Source: a candidate division WOR-3 bacterium
Lineage (GTDB): Bacteria; Hydrothermota; 32-111
Assembly (NCBI GenBank): GCA_039804205.1
Contig: JBDRZY010000001.1
Coordinates: 286,198-350,197, forward strand
Direction of reading: 5' to 3'
DNA: 64,000 bases
A model generated the notes under the pieces. That model saw nothing but the letters and a program-made list of their open reading frames with translations. It did not search any database and was not told the origin of the DNA. The position numbers and the translations under genes were made by a program. Positions 28,162-37,490 of this stretch are shown here, one piece after another; within the stretch, counting starts at the first letter, position 1; each line of letters begins with the position of its first letter.

Positions 28162-29264
28162 AAAAATTTTTGCTTTCTCTATGCTTTTTTTGTTTTCTTC
28201 TTTTAAACTCTTTTAACCTATCCTTTAACTATAATTACAGTTATTTTTATTTCTATAAAATCAATTACTTTTCTTCACACGATCTTCTTTTGGATCTTGA
28301 AAACTCGAATGAGATTTTGAAGTTTTTTGCACAATTCGATGCAAGGATATATCAGGGTGATGCAAAATATGAGATACCATATCCTGATATAGATTTTTCT
28401 ATGATAGGTATAATGCCCAGGTATGTATACCTTTCAAACCAGTACAGGTTTACACAACTCTATTTATCTCTGTATAAAAATGGTATCAATGTGAAAATAG
28501 GGAAGTTTCCTGTTAAATGGAGTTTTTCAGAAATCTACTCACCAGTTGATGTATTCTATTTCGATTCTCCGTTTGACATAATATCTTTGAAGGAGTTTCC
28601 ATCAAACATTCTCTTTTCTTACTCAAAAAATAATTTCACTTCAACATTGATATATCAGGATAACAATGATTTTTTTTCCTCCAGGGAAGGACTGTTTCTG
28701 GAGTATTTGAGCGATTATTTAAATTCACGGATTTTTTTATCAAGGTATTCGCAGATTAGAAAAAATCTTCTATCTATAGATTCTATAGAGAATTATCTTT
28801 TTGGTATATCAGTTCTGTCAGAATATTTTGGTCCCGCTTTTTATGATGAGATAACCGTTTTAAAATCGAACGATGATTTTGGTTTGAATCTTCTTTTAGG
28901 ATGGGATTATACTTTTTTTGAAAAACTATATCTCTGTCAGGAATTTTATGTGAACTTTAAAGCACCAAAAGCTCCATACAGTGATATAAACATTATAAAT
29001 AAATACCTAAATGGTGATTTTCTCATGGGTAGATATTATATGTTTTTAACTTCCCTTTTCAACCTCAACGATAGATTCAATTTTTCTATGAATTCCATAT
29101 TCAATCTTGATGATCTTTCTCTAATAAATATTTTCAACATTTCCTGTGTTCCTGTAAACAATCTGATAACCTCGTTTTCAGTTGTCGGAACTTATGGAGA
29201 TTCAAAAGAAGAATTCTATAAAATTCCAACAATTTTTCTTTTTCAAACTGGAACAAAATTTTAA
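28158..29264 (+). CDS. Predicted outer-membrane beta-barrel protein (hypothetical)
   Basis: A signal peptide is present. The protein is Tyr/Phe/Asn-rich. The C-terminus ...LFQTGTKF ends in Phe. The start overlaps the upstream stop. Confidence 0.35.
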   Translation: MKKFLLSLCFFCFLLLNSFNLSFNYNYSYFYFYKINYFSSHDLLLDLENSNEILKFFAQFDARIYQGDAKYEIPYPDIDFSMIGIMPRYVYLSNQYRFTQLYLSLYKNGINVKIGKFPVKWSFSEIYSPVDVFYFDSPFDIISLKEFPSNILFSYSKNNFTSTLIYQDNNDFFSSREGLFLEYLSDYLNSRIFLSRYSQIRKNLLSIDSIENYLFGISVLSEYFGPAFYDEITVLKSNDDFGLNLLLGWDYTFFEKLYLCQEFYVNFKAPKAPYSDINIINKYLNGDFLMGRYYMFLTSLFNLNDRFNFSMNSIFNLDDLSLINIFNISCVPVNNLITSFSVVGTYGDSKEEFYKIPTIFLFQTGTKF

Positions 29265-30385
29265 TATTTCAAAAATTTTGTTTTTAAGAGATATTTTGAG
29301 TTGAACATGACAATTTCTTTATTATGAACTGGCAAAACTCTTAGTTGTAATGGTTTTTTCCACTTTTTTGATATCGTATAGGAATCGATTATGAGTGATT
29401 CAATGAATTCGTTTTTTGAATCGATACTTATTGGAACAGTATCAATTCCACAACCGCAAACGGATGATAAAAGTAAAAGATCTTTTATTCTTATGCTGTT
29501 TTCAAAACTCATTTTTGATAACCGGTAATCTTCCGATAGGGGAAGCATAAGCCCACAGTATCCAGTTTTTTTGATTTTTAAATTTTTTAAAGCAGTGGTG
29601 ATAGCACCTGCTATTGAGATATCGTTTAAATTTTTTCTTAGGATATTTTTTTTCAAAATGTAAAACGCCTCATAAACCGATTCACTTTTTTTTATCCCGG
29701 GAGCGAAAGATAGATCCAAACCTAAAAACTCAAGATTTCTTTTTTTAGATTCCTTCTCAAAAAAATTTTCAAAGAGTTTGTATCGTTGATATAAATCTTT
29801 TTCAAGTTTATTCTCGATCTCAGAAAAATTTTTCACATTTTTAAAAATATTTTGTAAAAGATCCCCATTTTCAAACCCTATCGAAAAACCATCCTTTGTT
29901 GAAAAGGATGATGGGAAAAAAGGTGTTCCAGATGGGATATTGAATGAAATTCCAAAATTGAAATTTTTAAGAGGATTTATATACGACAGTTCTTTTATTA
30001 ATTTTGCACCTTTGATAAGAGATTTTTCATCAAAATACCCAGTATCGATTTCAAAAAAAGCGGAAACGTTAAATTTTTCAAAAATTTTTATTGTTTTATT
30101 TATTTCAAGATGGTTCACTTTTCCTATATTGAAAAATTCAATTTTTTGTTCTTTTAAGATTTCTTGAAGATCTTTTATTATCGAATTTTTTGTACGAAAA
30201 TCTATATTTAAAGAAGCAACGTTTGTAGATAATCTTAGGGTTTGAACAGTAAAATTTTTTTCTTTTGCATCGTTGTGAATCCTCTTGATATTTTCTATTT
30301 TCCTGATTAGATTCTTTTTAATTTTATACTCTTTAAAATTGTAAAAAAGTGTGATGGTTCTTATTTTCATAAATCTATTATACAA
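29261..30385 (-). CDS. DUF711/UPF0210-like protein (hypothetical)
   Basis: Motifs GYCGLMLPLSEDYRL and SSVCGCGIDTVPIS resemble the conserved motifs of the UPF0210 family. Confidence 0.4.
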   Translation of the reverse strand: MYNRFMKIRTITLFYNFKEYKIKKNLIRKIENIKRIHNDAKEKNFTVQTLRLSTNVASLNIDFRTKNSIIKDLQEILKEQKIEFFNIGKVNHLEINKTIKIFEKFNVSAFFEIDTGYFDEKSLIKGAKLIKELSYINPLKNFNFGISFNIPSGTPFFPSSFSTKDGFSIGFENGDLLQNIFKNVKNFSEIENKLEKDLYQRYKLFENFFEKESKKRNLEFLGLDLSFAPGIKKSESVYEAFYILKKNILRKNLNDISIAGAITTALKNLKIKKTGYCGLMLPLSEDYRLSKMSFENSIRIKDLLLLSSVCGCGIDTVPISIDSKNEFIESLIIDSYTISKKWKKPLQLRVLPVHNKEIVMFNSKYLLKTKFLKY

Positions 30386-30455
30386 AAGTTTAAATGAATG
30401 TAAACATTGAATTAAAAAGATTTTTTTATATAATCGAATAATCTAGGAATTTTTT

Positions 30456-31652
30456 ATGAAAAAGTTTTTTTCTATTTCACTTCTGCTTTTAATTTTTCAA
30501 ACATCTTTAATGAGTTTAACAATTTTTCTTGATTGTGAGGATCAAAATTTAAGAAATTTTTTGATGATGAAAATTAAAACTTTTGAATTCTCAAACATAA
30601 AAGAAGAATCTGATGTTTTTGTTGTACTAAAAAAAGATATAAATGAGAGCAACATCTCGTTTACTCTTTTCTCTTATGGACAGAACAGTTATAAAAATTT
30701 GTCAGATACGGTGAAACTTTTTTTCGACCGAAATATTTCTGAATATGATATTTACCAGAATCTCTATGAGAGTTTCATAATAATGTTGTTGGGGAATTTT
30801 TTCGAACAGAATTATTTGGAAAGAATTTCAATAACTGAGATGGAAAAAACTTTTGAAGAGAAGAAAGGATATGGGTGGAATTTTAATCTTGAGGGTTTGA
30901 CTGAAATCTATTCTGAAAACCAGTATAAGAATAATCTTTTAAAAGTTAAACTCGGTGGTAACAGATTTATAAATTATGATCAGATAAAACTTGATCTTTC
31001 TTTTTCTGTGAGCAAAAAATATTTTTACCTTGATTCGAATAGAGTTCTAACGAGTTTTAATAGAAATATTTTTTCAGAAATAGAATACATTCAAGCGATA
31101 AATGATAGAATGTCAAGTAGAGTGAAACTTGATGGATACAATTCGATTTTTTCAAACTATAAATTGAAAAATGATCTTTCGATTGGAATAGAATACAGTT
31201 TCTTCCCATATGTTGAAGGGAACACGAGATTATTAAAAGTTTCCTATGAATATGAACCATCCTTTATAATATACTATGATACGACGGTTTATGATAAGAT
31301 AAGAGAGATCCTGCAACGAAATATTGTAAAGTTGTCTTATGATGTTTTATTCCCAAAAGGTAATGTTTCATTATCTCTTATAGGGTCTAACTATATCCAG
31401 TATTTTGATCAATATTCTCTCTCTCTTGAAGGAAGTATGAAACTGTATTTTTTTAAAGGTTTTTCTGTTAATCTGTATGGAGATTTTGTTGTTCCAAGAG
31501 ACAAAAGGAACATAGAAAAAGCAGGGTATACAGATGAAGATCTGCTTCTCCTTCAAAAAGAGAGAGCGACCGATTATGCTTTTTTCATCGAATTGAGTCT
31601 GTCGTATACATGGGGAAGCAAATATATAAATATTGAAAGTTTTAGATTTTGA
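30456..31652 (+). CDS. Predicted outer-membrane beta-barrel protein (hypothetical)
   Basis: A signal peptide is present. The C-terminus ...SLSYTWGSKYINIESFRF shows amphipathic strands and a terminal Phe. Confidence 0.35.
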   Translation: MKKFFSISLLLLIFQTSLMSLTIFLDCEDQNLRNFLMMKIKTFEFSNIKEESDVFVVLKKDINESNISFTLFSYGQNSYKNLSDTVKLFFDRNISEYDIYQNLYESFIIMLLGNFFEQNYLERISITEMEKTFEEKKGYGWNFNLEGLTEIYSENQYKNNLLKVKLGGNRFINYDQIKLDLSFSVSKKYFYLDSNRVLTSFNRNIFSEIEYIQAINDRMSSRVKLDGYNSIFSNYKLKNDLSIGIEYSFFPYVEGNTRLLKVSYEYEPSFIIYYDTTVYDKIREILQRNIVKLSYDVLFPKGNVSLSLIGSNYIQYFDQYSLSLEGSMKLYFFKGFSVNLYGDFVVPRDKRNIEKAGYTDEDLLLLQKERATDYAFFIELSLSYTWGSKYINIESFRF

Positions 31653-31737
31653 AGTTGAGATTCCAAATATTGACTAAATCTTTAAAATATGATAACCTTT
31701 AAATCTGAGTAAAATAACTTATTTATAAGGAGGATCG

Positions 31738-33270
31738 ATGAAACTTGATCTCAGATGGAGAATTTTAATTGTTGTAGTGATTTTAATTATATCCTTATAT
31801 CAACTCTACTATACATTTCGCTATTATACTTTATCTGACAAAGATAAAATCAACATGACTTATGAACAGATAAACAGTTTGAGAAATAGATCACTCCATC
31901 TTGGACTTGATCTTCAAGGTGGAATGAACCTTATCCTTGAAGTTGATAAAACTTCTTTAAGCAAAGAGGAAGCTGATGGTGCTGTTGATAGAGCGCTTGA
32001 AATTTTGAAGAATAGGATAGATCAGTTTGGTGTAACTGAACCACTTGTTGAAAAACAGGGAAATGACAGAATAAGTATACAGTTACCTGGAGTTGTTGAT
32101 AGAGAGAGGGCAAAGAATCTTATTGGAAAAACAGCACAACTTGAGTTTAGAATAGTTGCCGAGAATACTGTTGTTCAAAAAGTTTTTGAAAATATAGATA
32201 AGAAACTTGAAGAGATGAAGGATACAGTTCTAATATCAACTCTTGTTGATAATAATGGAGTTGACTTTGTAGTTTATCCTGAAAATATATCACTTGTAAA
32301 AAACATCCTTTCAAAAGAAGAAATAAAAAATCTGATTCCATCAGATTATATTTTTATGTGGGGAAAAGAGAAAAACAGGGATGGAGTTAATCAGACTATG
32401 CTTTACCTTGTCGAAAAAAATCCTGTTTTGAAAGGTGATGCTATTCTTGATGCGAGAGCAGCAATAGGAACGAGTGATAACCCATACGGTGTAAAAGTTG
32501 AATTGACTATGAATAAAAATGCCAAAAACAAATGGGCTTCAATAACGGGATCAAACATTGGAAGAAGGATCGCTTTTTCACTTGATAGTGTGATAGTTTC
32601 TGCACCAGTTGTAAGGGAAAGGATACCTTCTGGAAATACGGAAATCTCCATGGGAAATGCAACAATAAATGATGCAAAGGATCTTGCTGTGATTTTGAAA
32701 GCCGGTGCTTTACCAGCCCCTGTTAGAATAATCGAGGAAAGATCTGTTGGTCCAACACTTGGTGGTGATTCGATTAGAAAGGGAATAAGATCTCTTTTAT
32801 ACGGTGTTATTGTTGTGTTCATTTTCATGGCGATATATTATGGTCTATCAGGAATGATAGCCGATTTTGCGATGATTTTAAACCTTATAATTCTTCTTGC
32901 AGTTCTTTCTTTGTTTAGAGCGACTCTTACACTTCCGGGAATGGCTGGTTTGATACTCCTTGTTGGAACAGCAATAGATGCAAATGTTCTGATATTTGAA
33001 AGGATCAGAGAGGAACTGGCATCAGGAAAAACAATTAAAACAGCTATTTCAGCAGGTTATTCAAAAGCGTTTTCAACGATTTTTGATGCAAACCTTACAT
33101 CACTTGTTACCGCACTCATACTTTACTGGTTTGGAACAGGACCCATAAAAGGTTTTGCTGTAACTCTTGGGCTTGGTCTTGTTATAAGTTTCTTCTCAGC
33201 AATATTCGTTACAAGGGTTATTTTTGATATAATCACTTCCAATCCAAACTTTAAAAAATTGTCCATATAG
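31738..33270 (+). CDS. secD: Protein translocase subunit SecD
   Basis: AAGGAGG lies upstream. Motifs LGLDLQGGMNLILEVD and a C-terminal 6-TM SSD-like bundle (GYSKAFSTIFDANLTSL) are present. Confidence 0.9.
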   Translation: MKLDLRWRILIVVVILIISLYQLYYTFRYYTLSDKDKINMTYEQINSLRNRSLHLGLDLQGGMNLILEVDKTSLSKEEADGAVDRALEILKNRIDQFGVTEPLVEKQGNDRISIQLPGVVDRERAKNLIGKTAQLEFRIVAENTVVQKVFENIDKKLEEMKDTVLISTLVDNNGVDFVVYPENISLVKNILSKEEIKNLIPSDYIFMWGKEKNRDGVNQTMLYLVEKNPVLKGDAILDARAAIGTSDNPYGVKVELTMNKNAKNKWASITGSNIGRRIAFSLDSVIVSAPVVRERIPSGNTEISMGNATINDAKDLAVILKAGALPAPVRIIEERSVGPTLGGDSIRKGIRSLLYGVIVVFIFMAIYYGLSGMIADFAMILNLIILLAVLSLFRATLTLPGMAGLILLVGTAIDANVLIFERIREELASGKTIKTAISAGYSKAFSTIFDANLTSLVTALILYWFGTGPIKGFAVTLGLGLVISFFSAIFVTRVIFDIITSNPNFKKLSI

Positions 33271-33278
33271 GAGGAAAG

Positions 33279-34589
33279 ATGAATTTTAAGAGGATAAATC
33301 TTCCAGAGATAAATTTTGTTGGGATAAGAAAGATAACCTACATAATCTCACTGTTGCTTGTAATAGGTAGTTTACTTACGATAGTTTTCAATAAAGGTTT
33401 AAACCTTGGGATCGATTTTACAGGTGGAATAGTTTTACAGGTTCATTTTGAGAAAGAGGTTAAGATTGATCAATTAAGAGAGGTAATGAACTCTCTGGGG
33501 TATAAAAATGCTGTTATACAGAAATATGGATCTGAAAACGATTTTTTGATAAAAGTTCAAGAGAATTATGAAAAGGTTCAGGATACAACTGGACCGGTTG
33601 TTGTTGGTTTTTCAACCTATCCTAATCCGACTCTGGGGGAAAAGAATGTAACAGTAAAAATAAAAGTTTATGATGAAAAGTCTCCAATAAAAAATATTTT
33701 TGTGAGATCTGAAATTTTTAAAGAAATAAAAGAACTTACTCCATCAGATATTTACGATTCAAGAGAGGAAGTTGGTATTCTGAACTTTTCGATTGATGAT
33801 TTAAAAAAGGACTCATTGGTTACACTCTATGCTTTTGGTGTTGACAGGACAAATAATAAAGGAGTTGAAAAGAAAATAGAGATTTTCGTTTGTTCGAAAA
33901 ATGCAAATTTAAAGAATGTTCAGGTCGTTTCAGATTGGCAGGATACACTTTATAAGGTCTCCAGTAAAGGAGTCGAACTTTCACCAACTGAAAAAATAAT
34001 AAACTCGTTGAAGGAAAAATTTTCACAGGAAAATCCAAGAGTTGATAGAGAGGAAGTTGTTGGAGCGATAATGTCAAAAGAGTTACAGTTAAAGTCATTA
34101 TGGGTAGTTTTACTTGGACTCCTTGGAATAATGGTTTATGTCTGGATTAGATTTACATTCAGGTTTGGAGTTGCTTCTGTAATAGCACTTTTCCATGATG
34201 TTACAATAACCCTTGGTCTTTTAACCATAACCGGAAGAGAGATGTCAGTCCAGATAATAGCTGCTCTTTTAACTCTAATAGGATATTCGATCAACGACTC
34301 AATAATCGTTTCTGACAGGATAAGAGAAAATTTAAAACTTATGAGAAAGGACAATTTTTCAACCATAGTGAACAAATCTTTGAACCAGACACTTGGAAGA
34401 ACGTTGATAACATCTTTGACTACACTTTTTGTTGTTTTTATGCTTTTTGTTTTTGGAGGAAAAGTTTTAAACGACTTTGCTTTTGCGTTACTCGTTGGAA
34501 TTATAGTTGGAACATATTCTTCAGATTTTATAGTTGCTCCTCTTGTTCTTGATTGGGAGATAAAGAAACCTTCGAAAAAAAGGGGGTAA
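33279..34589 (+). CDS. secF: Protein translocase subunit SecF with ~135-aa insertion in periplasmic P1 domain
   Basis: AGGAGG lies upstream. Motifs LNLGIDFTGGIVLQV and a C-terminal 5-TM bundle are present. The protein is 436 aa against ~300-320 aa for typical SecF. The extra sequence lies between TM1 and TM2. Confidence 0.85.
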   Translation: MNFKRINLPEINFVGIRKITYIISLLLVIGSLLTIVFNKGLNLGIDFTGGIVLQVHFEKEVKIDQLREVMNSLGYKNAVIQKYGSENDFLIKVQENYEKVQDTTGPVVVGFSTYPNPTLGEKNVTVKIKVYDEKSPIKNIFVRSEIFKEIKELTPSDIYDSREEVGILNFSIDDLKKDSLVTLYAFGVDRTNNKGVEKKIEIFVCSKNANLKNVQVVSDWQDTLYKVSSKGVELSPTEKIINSLKEKFSQENPRVDREEVVGAIMSKELQLKSLWVVLLGLLGIMVYVWIRFTFRFGVASVIALFHDVTITLGLLTITGREMSVQIIAALLTLIGYSINDSIIVSDRIRENLKLMRKDNFSTIVNKSLNQTLGRTLITSLTTLFVVFMLFVFGGKVLNDFAFALLVGIIVGTYSSDFIVAPLVLDWEIKKPSKKRG

Positions 34590-34946
34590 GATATTTTAGA
34601 AAAATTTGAAAAAACTTTTCTGAAAGGGGAACTGTTATTCAAGCAGGGAGATCCTCCGGATGAGGTTTACCTTGTGAAAAGTGGAAAGATCGAGATTTTT
34701 GTTAACGAAGGTGAGAGTAAAAAAAGGTTGAACATTATCACTGAGGGAGAGTTTCTCGGTGAGATGGCTATAATAGATGGAAGACCGAGATCTGCATCAG
34801 CAGCAGCTCTTGAAGATTCAACAGTTATAATCATAGATCGAAAAGCACTTTTAAAACAGATAGAAGAGGATCCATTGCTTGGTGCTTTGATAACAACCCT
34901 TGTCAGAAGGTTAAGAGAGATGGACAGGAAATTGTCAAAATCTTGA
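34590..34946 (+). CDS. Small cyclic-nucleotide-binding (CAP-family) domain protein; start codon unresolved
   Basis: Residues FLKGELLFKQGDPPDEVYLVKSGKIEIF...GEMAIIDGRPRSASAAA...ALLKQIEEDP form a cNMP-binding beta-roll plus hinge helix. The reading frame opens immediately after the secF TAA, in the same frame. No ATG, GTG or TTG occurs before the GTG at 34674, which would truncate the domain. Confidence 0.55.
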   Translation, partial: DILEKFEKTFLKGELLFKQGDPPDEVYLVKSGKIEIFVNEGESKKRLNIITEGEFLGEMAIIDGRPRSASAAALEDSTVIIIDRKALLKQIEEDPLLGALITTLVRRLREMDRKLSKS

Positions 34947-34949
34947 AGA

Positions 34950-37490
34950 ATGCTAAAAATTATGAGAAAAAAAATTTTGTTTCTTATTTCTCTCTTTTTC
35001 TTTGTTTTTCTTTTTTCACATAATCCTTTGATAACCGAAGTTCTTGTCGATCCGAGTATAGGAGGAGATCGATCAGAATGGATAGAGATTTTTAATAAAG
35101 GTGAAGTACCAATTCTTATCGATGGATGGAAAATAACAGATGGAGAGGGAATCTGGACTATACCTTCCAGCAACTATTACCTTTATCCTCAGGGGAAAAT
35201 AACATTTGCCATGTATGCTGATTCTTTTTACAAACAGTATGGTTTCTATCCTGATTTTGCGGCGTATCCAGGAACAAGTGGAACAAGACCTCTCCAGATC
35301 TCAGGTAGTTTTGCTCTGGCAAATACTGGTGATCAGGTATATCTAAAAAATAGTTTGGATTCGATAATCGATTGTTTTGCATATATAACAAAATATACAA
35401 CCGTAAATCCCGAAAGTGTCTGGTATCCAATATCCATAACACCGGTTACAGATCTATCATACATAAGATGGCCTGAAGATTCTGAAGGAAAAGAATATTC
35501 TGGAGAGGTTTCAGAATCATTATCTTATGTCTGGAATAGAGCAGCGGGACAATCAACAGCAGGTCCTGACACGGGTGGACTTAACCCTTCATATTTTTCT
35601 CTTAAAAATCACATGAGAACACCTGCATCACCAACATTTCTTGATTATGCTGTTATATCATGCAATGCTTTATCTGATACAACGATTCAGTATTTAAAAA
35701 TCTTTTATTCAACAAACGATTTTTATACAAAAGATTCAATTTTGATGGCAAAAATCAATGATACCACATATGTTGAAACTATACCTTCTTATCCTGTTCA
35801 TACAGATATAAGGTACTATATTAAAGGTTATGATAGTAAAAACAGAACAAGATTTTTACCACCGCTTGCTCCAGCAGATTATTATAGATACATAGTTATA
35901 GATACACTTGATACTTTTTTTGATGTCCATTTCAACAAAACTGTTGAGGAAACACTTGGAATATACAATATAGCAGAGGATACTTCAGCGCTTGATAGTA
36001 TACTCTGTAGTTATATTCATAGAGCAACGAAAACTATCGATTGTTGCTTCTATGACTTTGATCGTAGGATAGTGGCTGATTCACTCGTTGCAGCGCACAA
36101 CAGAGGAGTTAAGATAAGATTTATAACAGATAAGGATAACAGAACATTACCAGAAATAGCACAACTTGAAATTGCAGGGATTAAGGTTATTGATGATGAT
36201 TATCCTTTAACCTATGGTGGTTCAAATCTGATGCATAACAAATTTTGTGTTATCGATAGTTCGATAACATTTACAGGTTCCTGGAATGTAACTGATAACT
36301 GTACGGATTTGAATGCAAACAATTCTATAATAATTAAAGACAGGCAGGTTGCAGAAAATTTTATTAAAGAATTTTCAGAGATGTGGGGCTCTACAACAAT
36401 GGTTCCCGACTCAACAAAATCAAAATTTTCAACGCAGAAAACAGACAATATAACCCATAAATTCATCGTCGCAAACGATACCGTTGAAGTTTACATGTCA
36501 CCATCGGATGGTGTTGCCTCAAAAATAATAAATGCAATCGCAACGGCAAACAAATCGATATATTTTTGTATATTCACATTTTCTCATCAGGGTATATGTG
36601 ATGCAATGAAATCAAAATATGATAATGGAGTTGTTGTCAGAGGGGTTTTTGATGCAACCTACTGGAATGCCGATTATTCAAAGTCACTCGATATGAGAGG
36701 ACTTTACAATAGTTCGTTTTCAAACAACCCATGGTCTCCACCTGCTGATGTATTTAAAGATAGTGTTTCAGGGAATCTCTTACATCATAAATACATGCTT
36801 ATCGATGCTGACCTTTGGAATTCAAACCCGATTGTTATAACGGGCTCATACAATTGGACTGATGCTGCTGAAACAGGTAACGATGAAAACTGTGTTATAT
36901 TGCATTCAAAATATTTTGCTGAAATGTTTTTACAGGAGTTTGTTGCAAGGTATAAAGAGGCCGGTGGAAAGAATAATTTTTCGATCGATACCAAACTTGA
37001 AAATGTAAACATAACATCAAGAAGAGATGGTGAAAATGTGATAATCGAGTATCAAATCGACGATCCTTATTTATCTAAAGTTTCAATTGAATTTAATGAA
37101 AAAGAAATTTTTAAAAGTGTGAAAAAAACAAACAGGTTTGTTCATAAAAATGTTGATGGGGGAACATATAATTTATTTTTGATAAGAACGAGTGGTTTAA
37201 AGAGTAAAATTGGAAGTGTGAACATTGATTCTTTTGGAAACGGAATGATACTTTATACGAGTACTTTTTACTGGTCTGAAAATAATCCGTACAGAGTTAT
37301 TTTGAAAGGCAGTGGAAAAGTTGAAATAGATGTTATCAATGCTCTTGGACAGAAAGTGGTCAACAGAAGATTTAATTTGAATGGAAAAACTGAAATAGTT
37401 ATCGATGACAAACTCCCTCAGGGTATTTACTATATTAAATTTAAAAACAAAAATCAAGAAATCGTTGATAAAGTGTTGAGGATAAAATGA
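34950..37490 (+). CDS. Secreted phospholipase D/nuclease-family protein (two HKD motifs) with N-terminal lamin-tail domain and T9SS C-terminal sorting domain
   Basis: A signal peptide is present. The LTD-like segment is NPLITEVLVDPSIGGDRSEWIEIFNKGEVPILIDGWKITDGEG. HKD motif 1 is HNKFCVIDSSITFTGSWNVTD at about nt 36234. HKD motif 2 is HHKYMLIDADLWNSNPIVITGSYNWTDAA at about nt 36783. The C-terminal ~70 aa (EIDVINALGQKV..LPQGIYYIKFKNKNQEIVDKVLRIK) form a T9SS CTD. Confidence 0.75.
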   Translation: MLKIMRKKILFLISLFFFVFLFSHNPLITEVLVDPSIGGDRSEWIEIFNKGEVPILIDGWKITDGEGIWTIPSSNYYLYPQGKITFAMYADSFYKQYGFYPDFAAYPGTSGTRPLQISGSFALANTGDQVYLKNSLDSIIDCFAYITKYTTVNPESVWYPISITPVTDLSYIRWPEDSEGKEYSGEVSESLSYVWNRAAGQSTAGPDTGGLNPSYFSLKNHMRTPASPTFLDYAVISCNALSDTTIQYLKIFYSTNDFYTKDSILMAKINDTTYVETIPSYPVHTDIRYYIKGYDSKNRTRFLPPLAPADYYRYIVIDTLDTFFDVHFNKTVEETLGIYNIAEDTSALDSILCSYIHRATKTIDCCFYDFDRRIVADSLVAAHNRGVKIRFITDKDNRTLPEIAQLEIAGIKVIDDDYPLTYGGSNLMHNKFCVIDSSITFTGSWNVTDNCTDLNANNSIIIKDRQVAENFIKEFSEMWGSTTMVPDSTKSKFSTQKTDNITHKFIVANDTVEVYMSPSDGVASKIINAIATANKSIYFCIFTFSHQGICDAMKSKYDNGVVVRGVFDATYWNADYSKSLDMRGLYNSSFSNNPWSPPADVFKDSVSGNLLHHKYMLIDADLWNSNPIVITGSYNWTDAAETGNDENCVILHSKYFAEMFLQEFVARYKEAGGKNNFSIDTKLENVNITSRRDGENVIIEYQIDDPYLSKVSIEFNEKEIFKSVKKTNRFVHKNVDGGTYNLFLIRTSGLKSKIGSVNIDSFGNGMILYTSTFYWSENNPYRVILKGSGKVEIDVINALGQKVVNRRFNLNGKTEIVIDDKLPQGIYYIKFKNKNQEIVDKVLRIK

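Noticed and set aside
31653-31737. TTGACT...TATGAT-like promoter guess upstream of secD
   Set aside because: The spacing between the candidate -35 and -10 hexamers does not fit sigma70 consensus well. Promoter calls in 30% GC DNA are unreliable by eye.
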